DNA from: a bacterium | Lineage (GTDB): Bacteria > Patescibacteriota > Minisyncoccia > Sungbacterales > SURF-37 | DNA length: 64,000 bases | Reading direction: 5' to 3' | Assembly: GCA_030648055.1 (NCBI GenBank) | Contig: JAUSHI010000004.1 | Span: forward strand, 12,836-76,835 | Shown: piece after piece, positions 56,428 to 64,000 of the stretch | How positions within the stretch are numbered: position 1 is the stretch's first letter | How the letters are laid out: the number at the start of each line of letters is the position of its first letter | Made by a program: the position numbers and the translations under genes | The notes under the pieces: model-generated | Seen by the model: only the letters and a program-made list of their open reading frames with translations | Database searches by the model: none | Told to the model about the DNA's origin: nothing

Positions 56428-56962
56428 ATTTAAGATGCCCGCCGATGCTAAGCCCGGCCAACATAATAGCAGCAATAAATCCGGTAACAAAAACATAATC
56501 AGGTAAGACGATCAAAGCGATCTGCTCGGCAAAAAAACAAAGAATCAAAAAGATTTCCAGCCATACTTTCCATTTCCCGAAACAGTTTGCGCCGAGTTTA
56601 ATCCAGTTTTTTTTAGACAAAAAACGCGATGAAAACGCGACAAAAGCCATACAGAATAAAAATGATTCCAAAATACACAGAGTAGAAAACTCATATATAA
56701 AACGCGGGAATGAAACCATCGCGAGGGTTGTAATCAATAAGATCTTATCCGCGGTCGGATCCCAGAACTTACCAAAATCTGTAATTAGCCCGTATTTTCT
56801 GGCGATATAGCCATCAAGCGCGTCTGTTGCGGAAAGCCCCAGAAAAAACAAAAACGCACCAACATACCAACCCGACCAAATCATTATTGCAAGCGGCAAA
56901 ACGCCAACAACGCGAAAAGAGGAAATGACATTCGGATGAAACGAAGAACGCAGAAGTATCAC
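56426..56962 (-). CDS. CDP-alcohol phosphatidyltransferase (PgsA-like)
   Basis: DALDGYIARKYGLITDFGKFWDPTADK motif. About 5 TM helices. Confidence 0.8.
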   Translation of the reverse strand: MILLRSSFHPNVISSFRVVGVLPLAIMIWSGWYVGAFLFFLGLSATDALDGYIARKYGLITDFGKFWDPTADKILLITTLAMVSFPRFIYEFSTLCILESFLFCMAFVAFSSRFLSKKNWIKLGANCFGKWKVWLEIFLILCFFAEQIALIVLPDYVFVTGFIAAIMLAGLSIGGHLK

Positions 56963-57050
56963 GAGCCCTCCTTTTTGTAGGCAATCACTTTTAGGTTTTT
57001 AAAGAACGACAACTGCTATTCTAACACAAAGTTCTGATTTTACAATTATA

Positions 57051-57088
57051 TTTCCTCATATAAAAACGATCGTTTTTATATGAGGAAA
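57051..57088. repeat. 38-bp perfect palindrome, copy 2, 8 nt after the uvrA stop
   Basis: Identical to 29922..29959. Confidence 0.95.
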
Positions 57089-57096
57089 ACAAAAAA

Positions 57097-59952
57097 TCAA
57101 AGAATTTTTTTAAGCCATTTACCAGTATAACTTGATTTTGTGTCAGCGATTTTTTGTGGGCTCCCCTCGGCAACAACGCGCCCGCCGCCTTCTCCGCCTT
57201 CGGGCCCGAGATCCACAATCCACTCCGCGTTCCTTATTACATCTAAATTGTGTTCAATCACCAAAACCGTGTTCCCCCGCAAAACCAGCAACTTTAAAAT
57301 AGTAAGAAGTTTCTTTATGTCCTCAAAATGCAAACCCGTCGTCGGCTCATCAAGAATATAAAGCGTCTTGCTGGTATCGCGGCGCGAAAGTTCGGTCGCG
57401 AGTTTTGTCCTTTGAGCCTCTCCACCGGAAAGGGTGGTGGAGGCCTGCCCTAATTTCATATAACCCAGTCCGACATCGTTCAATGTCTTGAGCTTTTGAT
57501 AGATTAGCGAAAAATTTTTAAAAAATTCAAGTGATTCTTCAATGGTCAAATCAAGCACCTGTGAGATGTTCAAGCCCCTATAATCAATTGAAAGTGCTTC
57601 CTTGTTGTAACGTTTCCCGCGGCACTCTTCGCATTCCACATAAACATCCGGCAAAAAATACATCTCAATCTTTTTAACCCCCTGCCCTTCGCAAACCTCA
57701 CATCTACCCCCCTTAACATTGAAACTGAAACGGCCGGGGGTATATCCGCGAGCTTTGGCTTCAGTGGTGTTAGCAAAAATATCACGGATCGCCGAAAAAG
57801 CTCCGGTGTATGTTGCCGGATTTGACCTAGGGGTGCGGCCAATCGGCGACTGATCAATAATCACGACTTTATCAACATATTCGGTGCCAAGAATTGATTT
57901 ATGAGCTCCCGGAATAACATGCGCTTTATAAAACTTAGCGAGCAGAGCTTTGGCTAAAACGTCATTTACCAAAGTTGATTTTCCGGAGCCAGATACTCCC
58001 GATACGCATACAAACTTCCCTAAAGGAAACTTAACATCAATGTTTTTAAGATTATGCTCTTCGGCCCCCTTGACTATAAGCAAGCGCGGCTTAATCTCTT
58101 TTGCGAGCTCACGCGGAGAAATATCCCTGACTACAACCTCTTTTCGGCCCGCTAAATAATCTCCGGTAAGTGTTTTAGCCTTAAGCAATTTTTTATATGT
58201 TCCTTCAAAAACAATCTTACCACCGTGTTTTCCCGCGCCCACGCCAAGATCAATTATCCAATCGGCCTGCCGCATAGTTTCTGAATCGTGCTCCACCACA
58301 ATAACCGTATTTCCAAGATCGCGAAGATTTTTAAGCGTTTTTATAAGGCGATCGTGGTCACGCGGATGAAGCCCGATTGAGGGCTCATCAAGAATATATA
58401 AAATGCCCGTAAGCTGAGAGCCAATTTGTGTCGCAAGCCGGATCCGCTGACCCTCACCCCCGGCAAGCGTGGTTGATTCGCGATCACATGTCAGATAATC
58501 AAGCCCAACGTCAACCAAAAATTGCAACCGTTTTGAAATTTCTTTGAGTAAGCTCGTGGCAATTTTCATCTCAGTTGAATTGAGAGTATGCCCCGCTATC
58601 AGCCCGTCAAAAAACTTTTTTGCGCTCTCCGAAGAAAAGTGCGCGATATCGGCAATATTTCTGCCATCAACAGTTACAGCGAGCGCCTCTTTTTTTAATC
58701 TTTTCCCCTCACAAACTTCACAAATCTTAATAACCATATACTTTTCAATTTCGGCTCTGGTCCACTCCGAATCAGTTTCTTTCCATCTGCGTTTCAGATT
58801 GGGAATAACTCCTTCAAACGCCTCCTTGTCCCCAGACCCTTCCTCTCCTTCTCCATTAAGAATTATTTCAATAATCTTTTGCGGAACATTTTTAACCGGC
58901 ACCTGAAGCGAAAAGTTATATCGCCCGGCAAGACCCTCCAAAAGCCACCAGTACCAGCTCTGACGGCCGACGCGATGCGACGCGTTGGCCCAAGGACGGA
59001 TCGCTCCTTCGGCAATCGTCAGATTTTTATTCGGGAGCACTAATTCAGAATCTACTTCAAGCATTGAGCCGAGACCAGTGCAGTTTGGGCAGGCCCCATA
59101 AGGGCTATTGAATGAAAACAGGCGCGGTTCAATTTCCGAAATACTTATTCCGCAATCAACGCAAGCAAATTTTTCCGAAAACACTCGGGCCAGCTTAGCG
59201 TCCCCGCCGCCCGCTACAATAACCAGCCCTTTACCGATTTTTAGGGCAACCTCAACTGAGTCGGCGACGCGCGCGCGCTCAATATCCTTATTCATAATAA
59301 AGCGGTCCACCACCACTTCAAAGGAATGTTTTTTATTTTTATCCACCTGAAGCCCAAGCGCGTCCTCAAGCCGGTGAAGCTCTCCGTCAACACGAACGCG
59401 CAAAAACCCGGCCTCTTTCACTTCCTCAAGCAGGGCCCTATGTTCGCCCTTTTTGCCCGTAACCAGCGGTCCCAGAATAATTAATTCATCCCCCTTCTGT
59501 TTTAAAATTTGATCGGTAATCTGATCAACGCTCTGACGGCCGATCGGCTTTCCGCAATTAGGACAATGCGGCCTGCCGATGCGCGCGAATAATATGCGCA
59601 TATAGTCGTAAATCTCGGTAATGGTGCCGACGGTTGAACGAGGATTTTTTGAAACTGATTTTTGATTAATTGAAATTGCTGGCGACAATCCGTCAATGGA
59701 ATCAACGTCGGGCTTGTCCGCGACACCCAAAAACTGGCGAGCGTAAGACGAAAGCGATTCAACAAACCTTCGTTCAGCTTCGGCATACAAAGTATCAAAA
59801 GCGAGAGAAGATTTCCCCGAGCCGGAAAGTCCGGTTATGACTACAAGTTTATTTTTGGGAATATCTAAACTAACGTTCTTCAAATTGTGAACCCGAGCGC
59901 CCCGTATTTTTATGTATTGTGATTCTCCGGTCATGATAAAGTAATCAATCAT
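57097..59952 (-). CDS. uvrA: excinuclease ABC subunit A
   Basis: Two ABC modules ([23 protein letters not shown]), zinc fingers CPNCGK / CEVCEG. Confidence 0.97.
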   Translation of the reverse strand: MIDYFIMTGESQYIKIRGARVHNLKNVSLDIPKNKLVVITGLSGSGKSSLAFDTLYAEAERRFVESLSSYARQFLGVADKPDVDSIDGLSPAISINQKSVSKNPRSTVGTITEIYDYMRILFARIGRPHCPNCGKPIGRQSVDQITDQILKQKGDELIILGPLVTGKKGEHRALLEEVKEAGFLRVRVDGELHRLEDALGLQVDKNKKHSFEVVVDRFIMNKDIERARVADSVEVALKIGKGLVIVAGGGDAKLARVFSEKFACVDCGISISEIEPRLFSFNSPYGACPNCTGLGSMLEVDSELVLPNKNLTIAEGAIRPWANASHRVGRQSWYWWLLEGLAGRYNFSLQVPVKNVPQKIIEIILNGEGEEGSGDKEAFEGVIPNLKRRWKETDSEWTRAEIEKYMVIKICEVCEGKRLKKEALAVTVDGRNIADIAHFSSESAKKFFDGLIAGHTLNSTEMKIATSLLKEISKRLQFLVDVGLDYLTCDRESTTLAGGEGQRIRLATQIGSQLTGILYILDEPSIGLHPRDHDRLIKTLKNLRDLGNTVIVVEHDSETMRQADWIIDLGVGAGKHGGKIVFEGTYKKLLKAKTLTGDYLAGRKEVVVRDISPRELAKEIKPRLLIVKGAEEHNLKNIDVKFPLGKFVCVSGVSGSGKSTLVNDVLAKALLAKFYKAHVIPGAHKSILGTEYVDKVVIIDQSPIGRTPRSNPATYTGAFSAIRDIFANTTEAKARGYTPGRFSFNVKGGRCEVCEGQGVKKIEMYFLPDVYVECEECRGKRYNKEALSIDYRGLNISQVLDLTIEESLEFFKNFSLIYQKLKTLNDVGLGYMKLGQASTTLSGGEAQRTKLATELSRRDTSKTLYILDEPTTGLHFEDIKKLLTILKLLVLRGNTVLVIEHNLDVIRNAEWIVDLGPEGGEGGGRVVAEGSPQKIADTKSSYTGKWLKKIL

Positions 59953-60063
59953 ACATTAAAAAAAATAGGAAATCAACCCCGGCGCCTTCCACATCATGAA
60001 TGATATTAAAACCATTTTTGAGAGGCGAAACAAATATATTTATATTCCAGATTTAAGAATACA

Positions 60064-60105
60064 AAAATGAAAAAGCCCGCGTTGGAGCGAACTCCTTCAC
60101 GGGCT
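60064..60105 (-). terminator. hairpin plus U-run after the small-ORF pair
   Basis: On the minus strand: AAGCCCG...CGGGCTT followed by TTTTCATTTTT. Confidence 0.55.
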
Positions 60106-60308
60106 TACAAGCGGGCAATGGCCGCCAAGAATTCCTTGTTGTTTTTTGCCCTGTTAATTTCTTTGGCCACCTCGTATAGCGTGAATGTATATTCGTCGAG
60201 ATGGTGCTCCCCACGATGATGCCTGCCGATGATGCGTTCGATGACCTGCATGAGACCTTGGCGCTTTGCACTGGCCAACACTTCGGACTCACTCATTGGT
60301 TTGGGCAT
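60105..60308 (-). CDS. small hypothetical protein (67 aa)
   Basis: SD AAGGGGG before ATG 60308. Part of track ORF 60105..60341. Confidence 0.5.
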   Translation of the reverse strand: MPKPMSESEVLASAKRQGLMQVIERIIGRHHRGEHHLDEYTFTLYEVAKEINRAKNNKEFLAAIARL

Positions 60309-60456
60309 GAAGTACCCCCTTTTTTTCAATGTGATAATCATACCATATAGCTATAGCTTTGTAAATAGCTACTCTGGGGTCAGCTATATCAAGAGCCATT
60401 CCGAAAATCCATTCGCAAAGCGCCAGTGATTCTATCTTCTTACTTTTAATAGCCAT
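60289..60456 (-). CDS. small hypothetical protein (55 aa, below track cutoff)
   Basis: Manual ORF MAIKSKKIESLALCEWIFGMALDIADPRVAIYKAIAIWYDYHIEKKGVLHAQTNE. SD GAGGTGA overlaps the M16 stop. Overlaps the next ORF by 20 nt. Confidence 0.4.
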   Translation of the reverse strand: MAIKSKKIESLALCEWIFGMALDIADPRVAIYKAIAIWYDYHIEKKGVLHAQTNE

Positions 60457-60460
60457 TACA

Positions 60461-61738
60461 TCACCTCAGCATCTTTCTAAGTTCGCAATATTTATTTTCA
60501 AACCGCGGGAAACGGTCCGCAAGAAGAAAGGCGGATACAATTTCTTCCTGCCAAAGTGCCCCGGCAAGACGTATTAAGTCAGCCTTAGTAACACGGTCAA
60601 TCTCTTCATGCACTACACGGGGCGTTTTCGCCCGACCATACTGAAGCTCATGACCTCCGAGAAAAGCCGCTATTGATGTAACACTCTCAAAAGAAAGGTC
60701 AAATCCGCTATGCAACATGGTTTTTGTTTCATCAATTTCTGCGTCACTTATATTTCCAGATGTCATGTCCCGAATAGCTGAAAAAATAAGCTTAATCGCC
60801 GAAGAAATTGCTCTTTCTTCAGAATCAATGGCCGCGCTTACGCTAACTAGGCCGCAATCGGCGTAAAATGTTGATTCGGCGGATACATTATAAGCCAGCG
60901 CCCGCTCAAGACGCACACTTGACCACAGGCGGCTTGAAAGCGCTTTACAAAGAACCTCGACGGCATAAGCATCTGGACTTTTCAATGATGGAGCAAATCC
61001 CCCAATAAAAAGGTGCGCTTGTTTAGCTTCTTTCGTTCTTAAAAATCGCACGGGTAACTGTTCATCGGGCGGCACAAACGGCCGCCACACCACCCTCTGC
61101 CGTGGCACAATGATCCCAAAGTGTTCCTCAAGAGCGTCATACGCCTCATCAACACCAGTACCGCCAGCCACCACAAGCACCATATTCGGGTATCCATAAT
61201 AGCGTTCTTTATAACCGAGAACGTCATCTCGTGTAAAACTCCTTATAGTCTCTTCTGTACCGAGAATTCTCCTGCCAAGCGGCTGGTCTCCGAACAAAAA
61301 ATCCTCAAACTCTTCCTCTGCCACCACACTGCGGTCATCCTGCGCCCGTTTCCGTTCCTGAATTATAATATTTCTTTCTTTCTCAATACTGTCAGCTGGC
61401 ATACGCCCGAACACAAGCATGTCCGAAAACACACGCATTGCTCTCCGGAAATGCAGCGGACTTACAGTCATTGAATAAAAAACCCATTCGGTGTTTGTAA
61501 ACGCGCCGTTTACATCGCCGAGTAAACGCAGTTCACGCTCAACCGATTCCGCGTCCGGAAAATCCCGTCCGCCGCGGAAAAACATGTGCTCATTAAAATG
61601 CGCAAGTCCATTTTCATGCTTTTCTTCCGTACGCGACCCGCATGAAAACCATGCCTGAATCACCACGGGAGCATAACCACTGATTGGAGACACAACTACC
61701 GGAATGCCGTTTGAAAGCCGAAATCGCTCAAATTCCAT
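60461..61738 (-). CDS. M16-family (pitrilysin-like) zinc peptidase
   Basis: Inverted zinc motif HFNEH (HxxEH). Two-domain length. SD AAAGGAGGA. Confidence 0.88.
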   Translation of the reverse strand: MEFERFRLSNGIPVVVSPISGYAPVVIQAWFSCGSRTEEKHENGLAHFNEHMFFRGGRDFPDAESVERELRLLGDVNGAFTNTEWVFYSMTVSPLHFRRAMRVFSDMLVFGRMPADSIEKERNIIIQERKRAQDDRSVVAEEEFEDFLFGDQPLGRRILGTEETIRSFTRDDVLGYKERYYGYPNMVLVVAGGTGVDEAYDALEEHFGIIVPRQRVVWRPFVPPDEQLPVRFLRTKEAKQAHLFIGGFAPSLKSPDAYAVEVLCKALSSRLWSSVRLERALAYNVSAESTFYADCGLVSVSAAIDSEERAISSAIKLIFSAIRDMTSGNISDAEIDETKTMLHSGFDLSFESVTSIAAFLGGHELQYGRAKTPRVVHEEIDRVTKADLIRLAGALWQEEIVSAFLLADRFPRFENKYCELRKMLR

Positions 61739-61985
61739 TGCGTCCTCCTTTTATCCCCACACCTATTATATAGGTGTGGGGATTTATTCCATTGTCAAAT
61801 AACCCATGTTAAGGTTAGCCTATAATGACTTTGTCTGAATTGCAAAATCAAGCAATTCGGATACAAAGTCTTTACCCCGCCCTCTATGCGCTATGGAATT
61901 TATGAAGAACAACTTATCCCGCATCATACCGTAGCAACGGGCTTTATGCTTTTCGTGCGGCTTAGAAGGCGGGGTGCTGAATTTT

Positions 61986-63314
61986 ATGATTTCGCTTCGC
62001 TCAAATAAAATTCGCAAGCCCAAAAATATTCCTACATTTCCCGGAGTTTATATTTTCCGCGACGCCAAAAAACACCCGCTTTATGTGGGTAAGGCCGGAA
62101 ACCTAAAATCTCGGCTCTCTTTTTATTTCGGCAACGAAGCAAAAAAACATCCACGCACCGAACGGCTTTTAACGGAGGCAACCAGTGTCTCTATTGTCAA
62201 AACCGGATCCGAAATAGAAGCACTCGTAGAGGAGGCCCGACTGATTAAAACCTTCCATCCTAAATACAACATATTGATGCGCGACGATAAAAATTATCTT
62301 TTTGTCGTTATCACCAAAGAATATTTCCCTCAGATCATTCTTACTCACCAGCCAAAATCATTTACGGGTGCAAAAAAAATAATAGGTCCATTTACGGGCG
62401 CCTCCGCGGTAAAAGAAACCTTAAAACTACTCCGCGGTGTATTTCCTTACTGCACATGTAAGAAAAACCACAAAAACCCCTGCTTAAACGCTGAAATCGG
62501 CAAATGTCCGGGGGTATGCTGTGAAAAACTCTCAAAAAGAGTTGGACATGAAATTCTGAAACACAAGAATGATTATGTAAAAAACATCGCAAATATCGCC
62601 GCCCTACTTGAAGGAAAAAAAATAAGCGCCCTTCAGAGAAAATTAAAAAATGAACTCGCGCGCGCATCAAGTGAACTGAAATATGAACAGGCAGCCAAAC
62701 TCCGCGACCAGTTATATGGTCTTAAAGAAATACTACTGCACCGCTCTGTGATTATGCGTTGGACATCAACAGAGCCCGGCCAGCCCAATGGCTGGGAAGC
62801 CATCAGAGCAAAGATAAAATTTATGCTTAGAGCCGCCTCCCTCATTCAAAGAGTTGAGGGCTATGACATCTCAAATATCTCCGGAAGAGAAGCGAGCGGC
62901 TCAATGGTTGTTTTCATAAACGGCGTACCAAATAAAAATGAATACCGCAAATTCAGGATCAAAACTGTTTCCGGCGCGAACGATGTTGCTATGATGGCAG
63001 AAATAATCAGTCGCCGGTTCCGACATAAGGAATGGGGGCGGGCCGACTTGATAATTTTAGACGGCGGCAAACCACAATTAAATACCATACTCAAAAAATT
63101 AAAATCTGAACGCGTAAAAACCAAAACTATAATTACCTCGCTTGCCAAACGCGATGAAGAGCTCTATGTCACCGGACTTAAAAAACCTATACAATTAAAA
63201 AAAGCGTCTCGCGAACTTCTCCACTTCTTCCAACGGGTCAGAGATGAAGCGCATAGATTCGCTAAAAAATATCATCATAAATTACGCGAAAAAGCTTTAT
63301 TTAAAGAACTCTAA
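61986..63314 (+). CDS. uvrC: excinuclease ABC subunit C, short form (no C-terminal HhH region evident)
   Basis: GIY-YIG N-terminus PGVYIFRD..LYVGKAGNLKSRL, UVR motif (YEQAAKLRDQL), RNase H-like endonuclease region. Confidence 0.9.
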   Translation: MISLRSNKIRKPKNIPTFPGVYIFRDAKKHPLYVGKAGNLKSRLSFYFGNEAKKHPRTERLLTEATSVSIVKTGSEIEALVEEARLIKTFHPKYNILMRDDKNYLFVVITKEYFPQIILTHQPKSFTGAKKIIGPFTGASAVKETLKLLRGVFPYCTCKKNHKNPCLNAEIGKCPGVCCEKLSKRVGHEILKHKNDYVKNIANIAALLEGKKISALQRKLKNELARASSELKYEQAAKLRDQLYGLKEILLHRSVIMRWTSTEPGQPNGWEAIRAKIKFMLRAASLIQRVEGYDISNISGREASGSMVVFINGVPNKNEYRKFRIKTVSGANDVAMMAEIISRRFRHKEWGRADLIILDGGKPQLNTILKKLKSERVKTKTIITSLAKRDEELYVTGLKKPIQLKKASRELLHFFQRVRDEAHRFAKKYHHKLREKALFKEL

Positions 63315-63327
63315 AATTTAGACAATC

Positions 63328-63462
63328 ATGGCAAAAAAATCTACAAAATCCGAGCGCCGGGAAAAACATAAAAAGAAAAGGAGCGTTGCCTCAAGCGGCA
63401 AAAGCGTTTTTCTTCTTGCCCGCTTAAGAAGCAGGCGGCCCAAAAAGAACAATTCCGACTAA
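63328..63462 (+). CDS. 44-aa highly basic peptide (speculative)
   Basis: Manual ORF MAKKSTKSERREKHKKKRSVASSGKSVFLLARLRSRRPKKNNSD, 14 nt after uvrC. No family recognised. Confidence 0.3.
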   Translation: MAKKSTKSERREKHKKKRSVASSGKSVFLLARLRSRRPKKNNSD

Positions 63463-63510
63463 ATATCGCGAATTCTTCCAAATTATGGAAATTATGCTAT
63501 TATTATCTAT

Positions 63511-63849
63511 ATGGGCATTGTAGCCAAGGTTATTGTCAAAATAGTCGCGAATATTGCCGCTCTTTGGATTGCTACCGCGTATATTTCGGGATTCGCCTTA
63601 ATCGGCGGTCTGCCGGCGTTTATAATCGGCGGTATTGTGCTTGCGGGCATTAACCTCATAATCCGGCCGATACTTAAATTGATCAGCTTGCCACTTCTGG
63701 TTCTAACATTAGGTGCTTTCTACATAATTATCTTCATAATTGTACTTCTCCTCGCCGACGCCCTCCTTCCACAGCTTTCAGTTTCCGGCTTCCCGGCACT
63801 TTTATGGGGAGCGCTCATAATCGGCGTTATCAATACAATTGTCCATTAA
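63511..63849 (+). CDS. small 4-TM membrane protein (DUF360 / holin-IV-like family)
   Basis: IVANIAALWIATAYISGF...IIRPILKLISLPLLVLTLG pattern. Confidence 0.6.
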   Translation: MGIVAKVIVKIVANIAALWIATAYISGFALIGGLPAFIIGGIVLAGINLIIRPILKLISLPLLVLTLGAFYIIIFIIVLLLADALLPQLSVSGFPALLWGALIIGVINTIVH

Positions 63850-63952
63850 AGATTTTGTCCGCCATTTGGAGCTGTAAGCGAACAAATGGTGGAAACAAAA
63901 TTGCGCTTTAAATTTTATAATTACTCATTAACCATTCGTAAACAAAATTCGC

Positions 63953-64000
63953 ATGAAAAATTATTTAGCAATTTTCCAAGTTGTAGTTTCCATTCTATTA
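63953..64000 (+). CDS. start of a hydrophobic protein truncated by the window end (SecG-like guess)
   Basis: MKNYLAIFQVVVSILL... Only 16 codons are visible. Confidence 0.2.
   Translation, partial: MKNYLAIFQVVVSILL

Noticed and set aside
57021-57218. 65-aa track ORF spanning the 38-bp palindrome and the uvrA 3' end.
   Set aside because: It overlaps the uvrA coding end and the palindrome and has no start context, so it is spurious.
61820-62023. 67-aa minus-strand ORF with a GNAT-like RGRGKDF..LL segment, overlapping the uvrC start.
   Set aside because: It is too short for an acetyltransferase, overlaps the uvrC 5' end and has no start context. At most it is a decayed remnant.

Overview
This 64-kb window looks like a streamlined, AT-leaning bacterial genome of the Candidate Phyla Radiation / Patescibacteria type. 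That lineage call is an inference from four things: a stand-alone 16S rRNA gene with divergent universal-primer sites, shortened aminoacyl-tRNA synthetases, ribosomal proteins with charged extensions, and core genes that mostly lack a Shine-Dalgarno (SD) sequence. The standard genetic code is used; TGA acts as a stop.

Most genes are housekeeping genes on the minus strand:
- the infA-rpmJ-rpsM-rpsK-rpsD-rpoA-rplQ-rplM-rpsI block
- alaS, mnmA, rnhB, dnaE, thrS, miaA, lepA, murJ, a 16S rRNA gene, trmD and a KH-domain gene
- rpsP, rpoC-rpoB, groES-groEL behind a CIRCE operator, two CDP-alcohol phosphatidyltransferases, uvrA, an M16 peptidase and uvrC

Visibly more G+C-rich, SD-bearing accessory genes are interspersed: a DEAH helicase, a HAD hydrolase with two small ORFs, gdh, and a GH1 beta-glucosidase nearby. 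I saw no CRISPR array, transposase, integrase or prophage.

The unusual content is almost all non-coding or micro-scale:
1. A tRNA-Ile-like gene is split by a cassette that carries an intact tRNA-Ile(GAU) and a GIY-YIG nuclease. The cassette is bounded by 34-bp direct repeats.
2. A promoter-driven, roughly 275-nt leader has long-range pairings that occlude the start of a 34-aa hydrophobic peptide, resembling a type I toxin locus.
3. A family of small elements with terminal inverted repeats (core ACCCAGCCCT) sits inside operon spacers. A possible cargo-bearing relative lies next to the 16S gene.
4. The 16S 3' end is non-canonical, followed by a long trailer that holds a sequestered CCUCC.
5. 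The rpsP-KH spacer is 392 nt and highly structured. It shares a 62-63-nt repeat with the rpsI 3' end.
6. An identical 38-bp perfect palindrome occurs twice, 27 kb apart.

Everything here was done by eye, and no database search or folding program was run.
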